Of a stretch of 64,000 nt of DNA, positions 24,303 to 37,981 are shown one piece after another. Source of the DNA: Octopus bimaculoides. Taxonomy: Eukaryota. The notes beneath the pieces were generated by a model, which did no database searches, had not been told where the DNA came from, and saw only the letters and a program-made list of their open reading frames with translations. Numbering within the stretch: the stretch's first letter is position 1; each line of letters begins with the position of its first letter. The stretch spans positions 58,023,057 to 58,087,056 of the forward strand of contig NC_068985.1 of assembly GCF_001194135.2 (NCBI RefSeq). Reading direction: 5' to 3'. The position numbers and the translations under genes were made by a program.

Positions 24303-26682
24303 ATGCATATACACAAATATAAGTTTCAAAAGTTAAACACAATCACAAGGAACGAACGGAAAACTCAAGCACAAGTCGTGAACAGCATCTTTCTACCACC
24401 AATATCATCCAAACTAACATTAGAATTTCATGCCTTTAGCCATAATAGTGTTCCTTTTTAGAGGTGACAACAGCGAGAACTGTAGTGGATATTGAGCGAG
24501 CGTTGATGACTGACGAAAACATACGAATACAAGTATAAATGTAATTATACAAGCAAAATAAAATATATGTTATAGAAACGAAATAACGGCTATGCGAATG
24601 AAAAGGAGATGATATGCGCGAGGCCTTTCATTAAATGACAAGCTTCAAAAGCCCGACAAGGAACAAACGAAAAATTCACACACTATACATGTTCTTACTC
24701 TTCTGTCAATTATCGTCCAAACGGTATTTTTCATTTTTGGTGGCGTCATCTTCGAAATAGCTGGTTGGAATATTGAACGAGCGTTCATTGTATACTCACT
24801 CCATCTATAATACAAATGATCTTTCACTCTTCGACGTAAGAGATCAACCTGATTGCTAACCACATTTACTAATGGCATATAGATATTTTATTATCCATAT
24901 AAGGAATGTTTTTACAGGCATTTTATATTATTGACCGCAAAGATGAACTAAATTGACCTATTGAATTGCAACTATTGGCAGGGAGTCTATGTCAATAGAT
25001 AAACAATGCGGTGATATTTGAAATTGTTATGTAAGTTAAATCGAAGTGTCTTCGCTTTTGCTGTAGACACGAATGCGATATCAATTTCAGAAAAGATACA
25101 ATTGCTAAAGTTTAATTTTCATTAATTTATCCGGAGAAAAACATTCTTTCAGTTCCAATGGTTGCAGTGTTTTGTAGCACTTTTAGTCATTCGTGGCCAC
25201 TTTGCAAATATTATCTGCATATAATTATTTGCATATAGTATTACCCTAATACAACAATAACTGTGAAACTATACTTTCACCACCACGAATAATATTAAGA
25301 TATGTGGCATAGACAGAATTATAATAATTTTACTTAAAAAAATTGTCTAGTGCTTCTAAAGAAATGATGAAAGAACACTAATTTAGCAAAGTAAAACATT
25401 TATTACAGCAAAATATTATTATATAAGACAAATTTCTGATTTGTGCAGCTTCGCCCATAACTCAGACATTTACTCCACTATGCCCTCTTCGTGTGTAATA
25501 TTTTCTCAACGTGTTGGTGTCACTTCAATCATTACCTGTCAACAAACGTCGAATGCACACTCGTCCTGCATCTCATATGTTAATTCCCTTCGTATCTCTT
25601 CTTTAATGTACTTATTACACCTCTCGCAATATAAAGTGTAATTGGATAACCAACCAACCGATCAGATGATAATTATCCGGGCTATTATGGTACAGAGAAA
25701 GGTCTTTATAGGCTGTTCAGAACTAAATTAGCTTGTTTAATTTTCATAAAAGTACATACATTGTCAGAGTAAATTCGTTGATTAATGGAAGTCTATCACA
25801 AAAATAAAGAAAGTAGAAATATACGGTATTTATTTTGTAAATAGTTTTAAACCAGAATGTATTAAGTTGATGTGTTGTTAAAAACGTAATTTTACGGAAG
25901 TCACACACCTGTAAGTATATAGTACATATCTGATTGTATTGCTGCATTGTAAAGGTTCCCTAATTACACACACCCACACACAATTTCTCACTCTCTCCCC
26001 AACACACACATGCACATGCGCACACACATATGCACGCGCGCACATACTCACACGCACACACTCACACTTACACACAAAAACACGCTGAGTTATGAGTTTG
26101 TATTAAAGTATGTAAGTTTGTTCGCTTGTGTCTTCGCATATCTATGAACATTAATTTCTTAGCAGGATCAATGCAATTACGAGGCGTCTCTTAGACGTAG
26201 GTTCTTGCATATATCTTATGCGAGCTATAACTATTTGTTTGAACAGATCAATCAACGAATGAATTCCCTTGTGAGCACTCCGAAAACAGGGCTGTTATCC
26301 ACCTCGTTAAATTTAGAAGTTGCTTTAATGGAAACATATTCTCTAATTTCGACTTCTTCACAGGTAATAAACACTCTCTGTTTCCATTACATTAGGGTAA
26401 ATATATTGACGAGTAAAATTAAACCATTTACATTATATATATAAAGTATTTATATTAGCAGTGGTCGTTTAAATATCACTAGATACATATCTCGAACTAT
26501 TGTGTGTGTAAGTGTTCTCTGTCTGTCTCTCTTTCTTACTCTCTTTTTTCTGCCTGTTTCTCTCCTTCTATCTCTTCTTCTTCGCGACTGTGTGCGTGCG
26601 TGTGTGTATGTTTATAAACACTGACATACATACATATTTACATAAATGTATACATAATATCACGCACACGTATGTATGTATA

Positions 26683-26743
<61 letters not shown>

Positions 26744-27213
26744 NNNNNNNNNNNNNNNNNNNNNNNNNNNNNNNNNNNNNNNNNNNNNNNNNNNNNNNNN
26801 NNNNNNNNNNNNNNNNNNNNNNNNNNNNNNNNNNNNNNNNNNNNNNNNNNNNNNNNNNNNNNNNNNNNNNNNNNNNNNNNNNNNNNNNNNNNNNNNNNNN
26901 NNNNNNNNNNNNNNNNNNNNNNNNNNNNNNNNNNNNNNNNNNNNNNNNNNNNNNNNNNNNNNNNNNNNNNNNNNNNNNNNNNNNNNNNNNNNNNNNNNNN
27001 NNNNNNNNNNNNNNNNNNNNNNNNNNNNNNNNNNNNNNNNNNNNNNNNNNNNNNNNNNNNNNNNNNNNNNNNNNNNNNNNNNNNNNNNNNNNNNNNNNNN
27101 NNNNNNNNNNNNNNNNNNNNNNNNNNNNNNNNNNNNNNNNNNNNNNNNNNNNNNNNNNNNNNNNNNNNNNNNNNNNNNNNNNNNNNNNNNNNNNNNNNNN
27201 NNNNNNNNNNNNN

Positions 27214-27279
<66 letters not shown>

Positions 27280-27624
27280 TGTGTGTGCGTGTTTGTGTGT
27301 ACGTGTGTATTTATGACTGTATATTTACATATAGAACAAGAATGGCCGTGTTGAAGAAACTAGTTTTTAATGATATGGTTTTGGGTTCAATCCCACTGCA
27401 CAGCTCGGTGCACTGTTACCGATCAATACATTGATACATCAATACATTGTATGTGAATTTGAATCTGGTAGCTGGAAACTATGTAGAATGAATTCCTTTA
27501 TTCTTTTGTGTCAGTCATTCGATTGCGGCCATGCTGGAGCACCATCGTTAGTTGAAGAAATCTACCTCAGGACTTATTCTTTCCATACCTTATACTTATT
27601 CTCTCGGTCACTTATCCAAGACTA

Positions 27625-28453
27625 GACACGAGCGTCACTCTCAGAAATGTGTAGTAAAGCTTGTACACGAGGATCGTCGGAGGACAATCAACGACATTGC
27701 TGATGTTGTGTGTCTGTCGTATGGGACTGTGTAGGCAATCTGAACGTCTGAATTGAACATGCAGCATGTTTCTGTCAAGTTTCTCCCGCTCCTGCTGACC
27801 ACTGATCAGAAGGAACATCGCATCACAGTCTGTCAAGATATTCGTGAGCTTGCCGCTGATGACTCACCCTTCATGTCGAGGATCAACATAGGTGACGGGA
27901 GTTGGGTCTACGGGTAGGATCCTGTGACGAAGCAGCTGTCGTTACAATGGAAGAGACGCCCATCTCCACAAATGAAAAGTAACGACAGACCCGCAGCCCA
28001 ATGAACAGAATGCCTATAATTGTTTTAGACATATCCTCGATAGTATTCATCGAGCATTCATCTCCCAGGGACAGACCGTCAATCGAGAGTACCATTGCGA
28101 TGTTTTGAAGTGTTTCAGGGAGGACAGTCACCGAAAGCGACCGGTTCAGTGGAACGCAAAAGGTTTGGGATCTTCACGGCCTCAATGCACCCTGTCACCG
28201 CGTTCTCCTCACTCGTGAGTTTCTCGACAAAAACAATGTGGTATCGCTACTGCACCCACCCTATTCATCTGATTTAGGACCTGCAGACTTCCATCTCTTC
28301 CCCAAGATGAAAGACAGCTCAAGGGTCACCGTTTCAACACCGTTGTCGAGATCCAGAAAGAATGGTAGGAGGTCATCGATTCGTTGACGGAAATCGACCT
28401 CCAGGCTGGATTACAAAAGTTGCAGGTAAGTTGTGACCGGTGTTTTGCTGCGC
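27625..28453 (+). mobile_element. Mariner (D,D34D-type) transposase pseudogene fragment
   Basis: EDRRRTINDIAD, KFLPLLLTTDQKEHR, IGDGSWVY (TGDETW), GQTVNREY, LHGLNAP (HDNA decayed), HPPYSSDLGPADFHLFPKMK, LKGHRF. Contains stops and frameshifts; no TIRs seen. Confidence 0.92.
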
Positions 28454-29264
28454 TGTCGATGATGTTTGATAGCACCTCATATTATTGAACGGTTAAGAAG
28501 TTTACTTCACAAACAATGAGGTATTAGGTTCCATTTCACGTTGTGTTTTATTGGGCAAGTGCAATATTCAATAAAGTCGAATTGACCCATAATTTGTAAG
28601 TGAAATTGGGTGGGTAGAAAATGTTTAGAAAACCGTCACATGGTGCGTATTATTCAAAAGAAGAATTATGAAACAATGTGTCACGCTGATTCTGATTGAG
28701 AATTAAGTTAAAATTATATACCTTCTGAGGCTTTCAACCGCCTACACAGTCATTCAAAGATCAGGTAATTCAATTCATCGATAGACTGAATCGAAATTGT
28801 CAAAACCGACGACATACATCTATTTTTGTATGCAAGTATACATGTACGTACGCTTTGCTATATCTTTTATATAACAGAATTATTCTTTGAAAGAAGGATG
28901 GTTTGCATGTCTTCAGTTGTTACAAGTCCAAGTGACACGGAAACAAGAGCTAAAACGGCTCCATCAATATACCCTCATATACTCAGTCAATCTCAGCAGC
29001 TATAAAAACATCTCAGAAAATCAATTTCGGAATAGAACTACAATAAAATAAGATCAACTCACAGATTCAGCAAAATCAAATATGCATGGAGGTCCCTGAA
29101 ATGAATAAAATTAAAAGCCTTGCAAATGGTAGTGATCTACCATGTCAAGGAATATGAATTATCGCAGATAAAGCAGTAGGATACCCTGTTATCTTTATAT
29201 AATACAACCATGTTGCTTGAGATATATGCAAGTGTGCATATGTTTATACACATAAACATGCATG

Positions 29265-29298
<34 letters not shown>

Positions 29299-29371
29299 TG
29301 CCCATAAGGAACGCACGGAAAAGTCACACACAAGACGTGGATATGCACCTCCATCATCCGTTATCGCTCTC

Positions 29372-29412
<41 letters not shown>

Positions 29413-29959
29413 TACACACACACACACACGCATATGCATATAACTAAGTATGTATTTATGCTTTTTGCTGAGAAACGTCTTGCATTCGAAGACTGGATGA
29501 TTGCTTTGACTTAGATTGCACGTAAAGTACAGACCCAGCATTCAGTTAGTTATTCAATCTTAAACACATAAAATATCAGTTGATATATGAGACATTCATG
29601 ACAAATTATAAATATGTTTAAATCGGAAAATTCCATAGTTAGGTGATAATTTATCAATTGAACATTCCATGCTTTTGTTGTTCTAGCTCGATAAGGGAAG
29701 CTGCCTCGAATATGTTCCTTACCAATTATTTGTAAATCACTCATGGACATATCTAAATTTTTTTCCCTATCATATTCAGAATGAATTGATGTTGTCGTGT
29801 GCTTTTTTGCCTATTCAACGACAGTGGTAAACGTATTACTACCAGAATTGACCTACGTTTCTGAGTACATAAAATATACCTGTGTGGAATAACACTCTCG
29901 CGCGCAGGCACACACGCACAAACACACACACACACACACACAGTAACACACATATATTC

Positions 29960-30252
29960 TGGACCCTTCCTCCTTTATACGACGTATGGGGTTTCGGCAA
30001 TTTCTTTCCGGAGAACGACACAGAGCATTTGTTTATTGTGATCAAATATTTGTGTACACATAAGGTCACTTCCTCAATCAAATCGATGTCACTTGTACAG
30101 AGGCACCGCGTACCACGTGTGAGATGACAAAGTGATCGAAGAGCAACATGAAATGAAGTGCTTTGTTCAAAAACACAACGCAACACCCGGTCTGGGACTC
30201 GAACCCACAATATCGCTATTAAGAGTGCAACACCGTAAACACAAAGCCATGT
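29960..30252 (-). mobile_element. tRNA-derived SINE, second family
   Basis: Minus strand carries a B box GTGGGTTCGAGTCCC (plus 30194-30208), an A-box-like CATGGCTTTGTGTTT, and a core-like TTGAACAAAGCACTTCATTTCATGTTGCTC. Confidence 0.7.
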
Positions 30253-30963
30253 GCCCTTATATATANNNNNNNNNNNNNNNNNNNNNNNNNNNNNNNNNNN
30301 NNNNNNNNNNNNNNNNNNNNNNNNNNNNNNNNNNNNNNNNNNNNNNNNNNNNNNNNNNNNNNNNNNNNNNNNNNNNNNNNNNNNNNNNNNNNNNNNNNNN
30401 NNNNNNNNNNNNNNNNNNNNNNNNNNNNNNNNNNNNNNNNNNNNNNNNNNNNNNNNNNNNNNNNNNNNNNNNNNNNNNNNNNNNNNNNNNNNNNNNNNNN
30501 NNNNNNNNNNNNNNNNNNNNNNNNNNNNNNNNNNNNNNNNNNNNNNNNNNNNNNNNNNNNNNNNNNNNNNNNNNNNNNNNNNNNNNNNNNNNNNNNNNNN
30601 NNNNNNNNNNNNNNNNNNNNNNNNNNNNNNNNNNNNNNNNNNNNNNNNNNNNNNNNNNNNNNNNNNNNNNNNNNNNNNNNNNNNNNNNNNNNNNNNNNNN
30701 NNNNNNNNNNNNNNNNNNNNNNNNNNNNNNNNNNNNNNNNNNNNNNNNNNNNNNNNNNNNNNNNNNNNNNNNNNNNNNNNNNNNNNNNNNNNNNNNNNNN
30801 NNNNNNNNNNNNNNNNNNNNNNNNNNNNNNNNNNNNNNNNNNNNNNNNNNNNNNNNNNNNNNNNNNNNNNNNNNNNNNNNNNNNNNNNNNNNNNNNNNNN
30901 NNNNNNNNNNNNNNNNNNNNNNNNNNNNNNNNNNNNNNNNNNNNNNNNNNNNNNNNNNNNNNN

Positions 30964-31410
30964 AATCATGCATAATTTCCAAGTTGTATAAAAATATCTC
31001 ATATCAAGATAAACAGCGCATGACCTTGAAGGTGGGGCCCAGTTAGGATTTTTTTTTCGGGTTGAGTAGCCCATGGCACTCAAAAGTCCCTAAATAAGTT
31101 TAAGTATGATGAAGAAAACGCCCATGTTTCCTGAAGAGATTTATTTAAACCCCAAAGAACTCCTCTCAAAACATGGCTATGATGCTCCCCCACTACTTCT
31201 GCTTGTGATCAGAGATGCACATATCGTCAGCCACTAATGGACATACTCAACTGGTTAAGGGCAAACAACTAACAAGCAAATCTGTGGTATTAAGCAGAAT
31301 ATTTGCCGTAGCCCATCTTTTATACCAAGACAAACCAATGTACATGATAACACTTCTAATCAGTTAAAATGAGAAGCCATGAGAGCCAGTGCCTGGTACT
31401 GCATCAGGGC
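30964..31410 (-). mobile_element. ~540-bp non-coding retro-like element, copy 2 (3' part lost in gap)
   Basis: Aligns along its length with 43111-43648 and ends at the same GCATC[A/C]GGGCATT boundary. Confidence 0.8.
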
Positions 31411-31532
31411 ATTCACCACCACCACCAACACCACCACCAACACCACCACCACCACCACCATCATCATCACCACCACCACCACCACCACCACCACCNNNNN
31501 NNNNNNNNNNNNNNNNNNNNNNNNNNNNNNNN

Positions 31533-31572
<40 letters not shown>

Positions 31573-31590
31573 GTAGTAGTAGTAGTAGTA

Positions 31591-31798
31591 AGGCTGCGAG
31601 CTGGCAGAATCATTAGCGCGCCGGGCGATGTGCTTAGCGGAATTTAGCCCGTCGCTTCGTTCTGAGTTCAAATTCTGCCGAGGTCGACTTTGCTTTTCAT
31701 CCTTTTGGAGTCAATAAATAGTTACCAGTTACCCAGTAGGATCGATGTAATCGACTTAATCCCCTCCACTAAGCTGCCTTTGTGGCAAAAATTTGAAA

Positions 31799-31833
<35 letters not shown>
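31591..31833 (+). mobile_element. tRNA-derived SINE, third family, with conserved central domain and (ATT)n tail
   Basis: Head GCGAGCTGGCAGAATC, B box GAGTTCAAATTC (31664-31675), central GGTCGACTTTGCTTTTCATCCTTT (recalled as MetaSINE-like, unverified), tail at 31798-31833. Decayed minus copies at ~32940-33110 and ~53440-53603. Confidence 0.8.
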
Positions 31834-34800
31834 TGCTATTCAATATTTAACTTGTGGAAGTTAACAGCACTGGTTACTTAATTACTGATGATACAAATCT
31901 ATATAAGAATTAAAGTAAAAGTTAACTCCATTTACTTGATTGGCATTTCAAATCTTAACTTAATGACTTGTTCAATATTACAGTGATTTAATTTGATAAA
32001 ACGACAAAGATTTCTCGTCACTCATTAAAGTATTCCTGTGCCACAGAAAAATTGCATGGTATTCGAATAATCAACTGAATTTCAATTGTCGCAAACAGTA
32101 TTAAATGTACTGCAAATCGTGTCTGTCTCACCGCCGCGATTTTTGTGATCTATGTTGTAAAATGCTTACAAACACTAACGAAAGTTGTAAAAGATTTTTT
32201 TTTCTTACATAGATATATAAAATTAGTGACCATAAAATATGAAATCAATATTTAGTATTGATATGATAATTATTATTCGCTTTGATAAAAATTAATGTTA
32301 ATTTTGCAATGAAGCTGGTTTTCTAAATTACACTAATTTAATACAACGTATAATTTATTTTAGTGTTTACTTTTAATATTTTGTTAAAATTATTGGTATT
32401 TTAGTTCATCTAACAAATGATATGAAGTGTTTTAAGTCAATAAACATACATTATACATATATACAAAACACGCACACACACACACATATATGTATGAGGT
32501 AGAGTTTGTGTGTGGGGTATGTATATGTACAATACATGCATACATATACATATATGTGTGTGTATGTGAATGTACGTATGAGAATTAGCATTCAAAGTCT
32601 AACGTTTGTGTATAGAATATTATAATTCACACAACCGTTATATTTGTAACTAATTAGCATTCAACGGTTAATCAGCTAATGTTAACTGTGGTAATAACGT
32701 CTTATTTTAATATATAAACAAATTCCTTGGAGTATATTCTTTCATAAATGTATTGAAGGACACTTTTCTGAGTTATGTAGGAGATGTAATTCTTACCAGC
32801 TACAGTGAAAATCAACAAGTGAATTCTGAGTTTCATCCAGCATATGTTTTTATTAATATAGCAACGTCAGTAGTTCTGATTGTGTCTCTGATATCATGGT
32901 TTCTAATTTAGACAGAGTGCTAGAAGTCTTCATGAAGCAGTGTTAGTCGAGTTCATCATCTCCAGTTCTTGGGTGGCACATTAATTTATTGACACTTTGT
33001 TGATGAAAGGCAATTTAACTTCAGTGGAATATGAACTCAGAATGTAAAGATCCAGAATTAGAACCGCAATGTATTTTCTGACGCTCTAAACATTGTATCA
33101 GATCGCCATGTTAATGCATCAGAAAAAAAAAATAGAAGCAGTATAATGGTATTTTTGATTTTTTTTCATTCGTCATTAATGTTTTAAAATTAAATTCATT
33201 GCGTCTCGTCATTAAATTTTGTAATTGAAGGAAGTTAACATTAGTCTTAGTAATGTGCATTTCCTGAAAGAGAAAGAGAAAGATAGAGATGAACAGACAG
33301 ACACAAACAAACAGACAAAGAATGAGTGGCTAGAAAAGAGATTCTGTGCAATCACCTGAACTGATATATATATATATGTGTGTGTGTGTGTACGTGCGTG
33401 TGTGTGTGTGTGTGAGTATGCGTATGTGTGTATACACATGCGTATGCATCATTCGGTGTTGAGAGCTACTGGGAGTCAACAAAGTATTTATATAGTAGCC
33501 TTTTAAATCACTCCCTATCATCTTAGCAAGCGCAAAGGCACATTGGATGATATGAAAACATGTGCAGACACTGGTGTGTAACAATTCAATATGTTTTATT
33601 TAAATCAAGTAGCGATTTAATTAAGATAAATATTGGATATGATTACTTACTATATTTTAAGTTTTAATTGAAGTGGGAAACCAAAGTCGTTGTGAGAGAA
33701 AGGTCATTGGTACTAGACAAAGAATGGATTATAGATTAAACCTCAATAGTAGAACGTTGATCAAACATTACTTTTAATCAATAGTGAACATGAAATATAT
33801 ATTATCTCTAAAATTAATGAATAAATAACATTAGAATTATTGATATAATTTTTGCTAATTAGTATTTGGGTCAGTAAATGTAGATAAATATGAAGATGAG
33901 AAATTGAAAAGAACGATGAGGAAATGAATCGATGATTTTCATGCTTTTCACAGATACATTAAAATGTAAAATAATTTGTTATACAAACAACATATATAGG
34001 CTTGAATCATAATATTATCGAGATGGTGCAAAGAAGCTAATAAACCTTATACTTATTTGTGTATAACGGCTGGCTGAACTATATACGTATGCATACAGAA
34101 ATAAATGTTTCGTTTTCATCATTCTTATTTGGCACCAAGAAATATGTATATGGTAAAGAAGCTGGTGTGTGCAGCGAACGGATAAAGTAAGTATACGAAC
34201 CTGAGAGTTACAGCAAAAACAAGTCATGCAATTTAGATGCTGGAAACTTGATACACAAGCCAACACACACACACAGGCACAAACACACGCACATTCACAA
34301 ACACACACACACACACGTGCGCGTGCACATACACACAGACTAATATAAGTACGCATAACTACAGACTCTCTCTCATCACACACACACATATATGCATGCA
34401 TGATGCATTTTTTCTTTAGCTTGTTTCAGTCATGTGATTACAGCCATGCTGGAGCACCGCCTTAATGTATATGATTGTATATCGGACCACTTATCATCAC
34501 AGCTTCAAAGTGATGAAGAAGTCAACCAGGATGGGTGACAAATATTGCAATCATGTCCTGTGTTAATTCCCTGGAAATATCCTGTATTATATCATTGTTA
34601 TATATTTACACTGTGTTAAATTTGAAGAATGAAATATCAAATTATGTAGCATTTACTGGAGTATGTATGGAACAGACATCCATAAAATTCATTGAAATTG
34701 TCTGCGTCTAATAACGGCACTGTCTGTTCCGTCAAAATGCTGTATCATATTTATGCATGTTTGTATAATTGTTGATTTGTTCACTCTCAACAACCCACAG

Positions 34801-37304
34801 AAAATACAATATTATCTGAACGTTTTCCGATCTGGTCATAAACAATCCACAGTTTTCCACTCACATAGCACTCAGAAACAATGTTACCTAGTGACATTTT
34901 CTCTTGCAAAACAGGAGAATGTAATCTATGTGGTTGTACTTGAAAAAAGTTAATTTAACATGACGTTTTATTCTGAGGACAATGACATAATCCTTTGGTT
35001 CAGATGATAATATTCAAATCCTCTTGTATACGATGATGAACTTATGTATAAAAATATATATTGTCTACAGATAATCTATAATCTATAATGTATAAAGACA
35101 TCTTTGATTAATGATGTTTAAGTGAGGTTAATAACATATTCTGCAGTGGAACGAAAGGATATAATAAAGGTAAAACTCTAGTGGTTATTGTCATTTGGTA
35201 AACATTTCCAACTGTTTTACAGACAAATCAAGGCAGCTGTTACGATATGGATATGAAAGATAATGTATGATATTTTTAAATATTCAGTCTTGTTTTTCTT
35301 TTATTTTTTGTTATGGAGACGACGTCGAGGGGCTATTTCGTGTCTATTCGCTCTGGAAATTTAATTTAATTTATGGCAATGATCAATATAATGTCGGAAA
35401 GGGATATCGATATACAAGTAGAGATAATTAAAACAACGATATTATACTATTTCACAGGATATATTCCACTGCGAGTCGCTATTTATTTGAAACTATTACT
35501 ATGTGAATTAGATTTATGCTGTGATTTCTATCAAGATAATTCATAACAAATATACAATTGTTCTATATAAACTTATACAGCACAGTTAAAGACAGTTCTT
35601 CTTTTACTTCAGTGGGATTTATTCAAACACATGTTTCTACACACATTTGGATTCATAATCCTTTAGTATTTCAATGTGCCTCTGAAATGGCTTATACATG
35701 GCAATAAGAAACACAAAGAACATTTAGAAGCCATGTGTGCTAAATGCAATATATTTAATTCAAATGTTACTTCCCACCCATTGCAATTCTGAGTATGTTT
35801 GGAAAATTATAAGTAAATGAGTTTCGAAAGAATATCAATGTTTGCAAGACTGGGAATGTTTTTTGAATTCTCAACCTTTATGATTCAATGTAAAACCGTC
35901 AACGAATACGATGTTTTGTTATCTTTTCATTTCTCGCAGCATGCTTCGTTTTGGGATTGTTGATGGATAATAAAAAATAGAAAAATAGTTTAGACAGATT
36001 GTAGGTTAAAATTACAGATGGATATATATATATATATATANNNNNNNNNNNNNNNNNNNNNNNNNNNNNNNNNNNNNNNNNNNNNNNNNNNNNNNNNNNN
36101 NNNNNNNNNNNNNNNNNNNNNNNNNNNNNNNNNNNNNNNNNNNNNNNNNNNNNNNNNNNNNNNNNNNNNNNNNNNNNNNNNNNNNNNNNNNNNNNNNNNN
36201 NNNNNNNNNNNNNNNNNNNNNNNNNNNNNNNNNNNNNNNNNNNNNNNNNNNNNNNNNNNNNNNNNNNNNNNNNNNNNNNNNNNNNNNNNNNNNNNNNNNN
36301 NNNNNNNNNNNNNNNNNNNNNNNNNNNNNNNNNNNNNNNNNNNNNNNNNNNNNNNNNGAGAGAGAAAATTAACAGCAACAGGTTGATTTCAACAGTCTGG
36401 TCCATCATTTGAAATTGCAATGCTACTGATGCGTGTCATATTACAATAGTTTAATGTGAGGTTAACAAGATGAGACCAAGGTAGAATAGTACTGCACGTG
36501 TACTTAACACGTTCTGCCTCTCAATTATGCTACTTTGAATTTGATGGAGATTTTAGAAAATAGAAGTTTAATAATACAGTGGAATCTAATAGAACTGGAT
36601 GATATTGCTTGCACAATCAGATATATTTATCTAAGTGTTTGTATTCAACAACACACAGAGGTTCGTTTGGTAATCACTGAATCGCACGTTCGATTCTTAT
36701 AAGAAGAAATTTGAGGAGGTGTTTTCCATTGTAAATTCGTGTGACCAATGCCTCGTGAGATGCGAACAGAAGCGGTCTAGAAGTGTTTATATACATATAT
36801 ATATATATATANNNNNNNNNNNNNNNNNNNNNNNNNNNNNNNNNNNNNNNNNNNNNNNNNNNNNNNNNNNNNNNNNNNNNNNNNNNNNNNNNNNNNNNNN
36901 NNNNNNNNNNNNNNNNNNNNNNNNNNNNNNNNNNNNNNNNNNNNNNNNNNNNNNNNNNNNNNNNNNNNNNNNNNNNNNNNNNNNNNNNNNNNNNNNNNNN
37001 NNNNNNNNNNNNNNNNNNNNNNNNNNNNNNNNNNNNNNNNNNNNNNNNNNNNNNNNNNNNNNNNNNNNNNNNNNNNNNNNNNNNNNNNNNNNNNNNNNNN
37101 NNNNNNNNNNNNNNNNNNNNNNNNNNNNNNNNNNNNNNNNNNNNNNNNNNNNNNNNNNNNNNNNNNNNNNNNNNNNNNNNNNNNNNNNNNNNNNNNNNNN
37201 NNNNNNNNNNNNNNNNNATATATTAGAAAAAGGAAAATAATGACTTCCCTGGTAGTTATAATCAATTTAACTTTTTGATAATATAATTTTACAGTTTGGC
37301 TTTT

Positions 37305-37920
37305 ACGAAGTATCTAGACGAATGCACGAGGCTTACTGTTATACGAAGTTACACGGCTCACAGTATAACGCTTACCATTCAACTCCTGATAAGTCGACAG
37401 TTCGTTATTTATAGTAAATGTGACAGTCGACTTTTAATCATATGGGGGTGGTTGAAATCCTTCCCCAGTGCTAAGGTTTCTGGACAACTTTGTCACATTC
37501 TTCGGTGGTGATTGTCAAACTGATATCAGGTTGAGTTGTGCTGTGGGATTCTATATATAAGATATTTGGGTGTGTCTGGAGTGGGATTGAGGTGTGTTAA
37601 CGAGTGTTGGTTCCTTGTTGTTGTTGTTATTGATGATGATGATAATTTACTGAATAATTTAGTTAACTGAAAGTATCTTTCAGTCATCCATTGGTATGTT
37701 TTATTTGAAGAGTTTATAGGTTTACTCGTGATACACCCCGGCCTCATTTGTTACTGTTGTGGAAGGATTTCAACCACCCCCATATGATTAAAAGTCGACT
37801 GTCACATTTACTATAAATAACGAACTGTCGACTTATCAGGAGTTGAATGGTAAGCATTATACTGTGAGCCGTGTAACTTCGTATAACAGTAAGCCTCGTG
37901 CATTCGTCTAGATACTTCGT
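37305..37920. repeat. Inverted repeat, 160-bp arms (37305-37464 and 37761-37920), 296-bp spacer; MITE-like
   Basis: Arms are reverse complements with one mismatch seen (AACGC/AATGC). Flanks are TTTA-CGAAG and CTTCG-TTAA. Confidence 0.9.
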
Positions 37921-37981
37921 TAAATTATTTATCTAATATGCAACGATATAAAAGTTACTTAAAAGAAAATATATGTACACC

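Noticed and set aside
37340-37885. loxP half-site-like 13-mers (TATACGAAGTTAC and GTAACTTCGTATA)
   Set aside because: 12/13 match, but both come from the single inverted-repeat arm. There is no 8-bp-spacer full site and no recombinase, so it is most likely chance.
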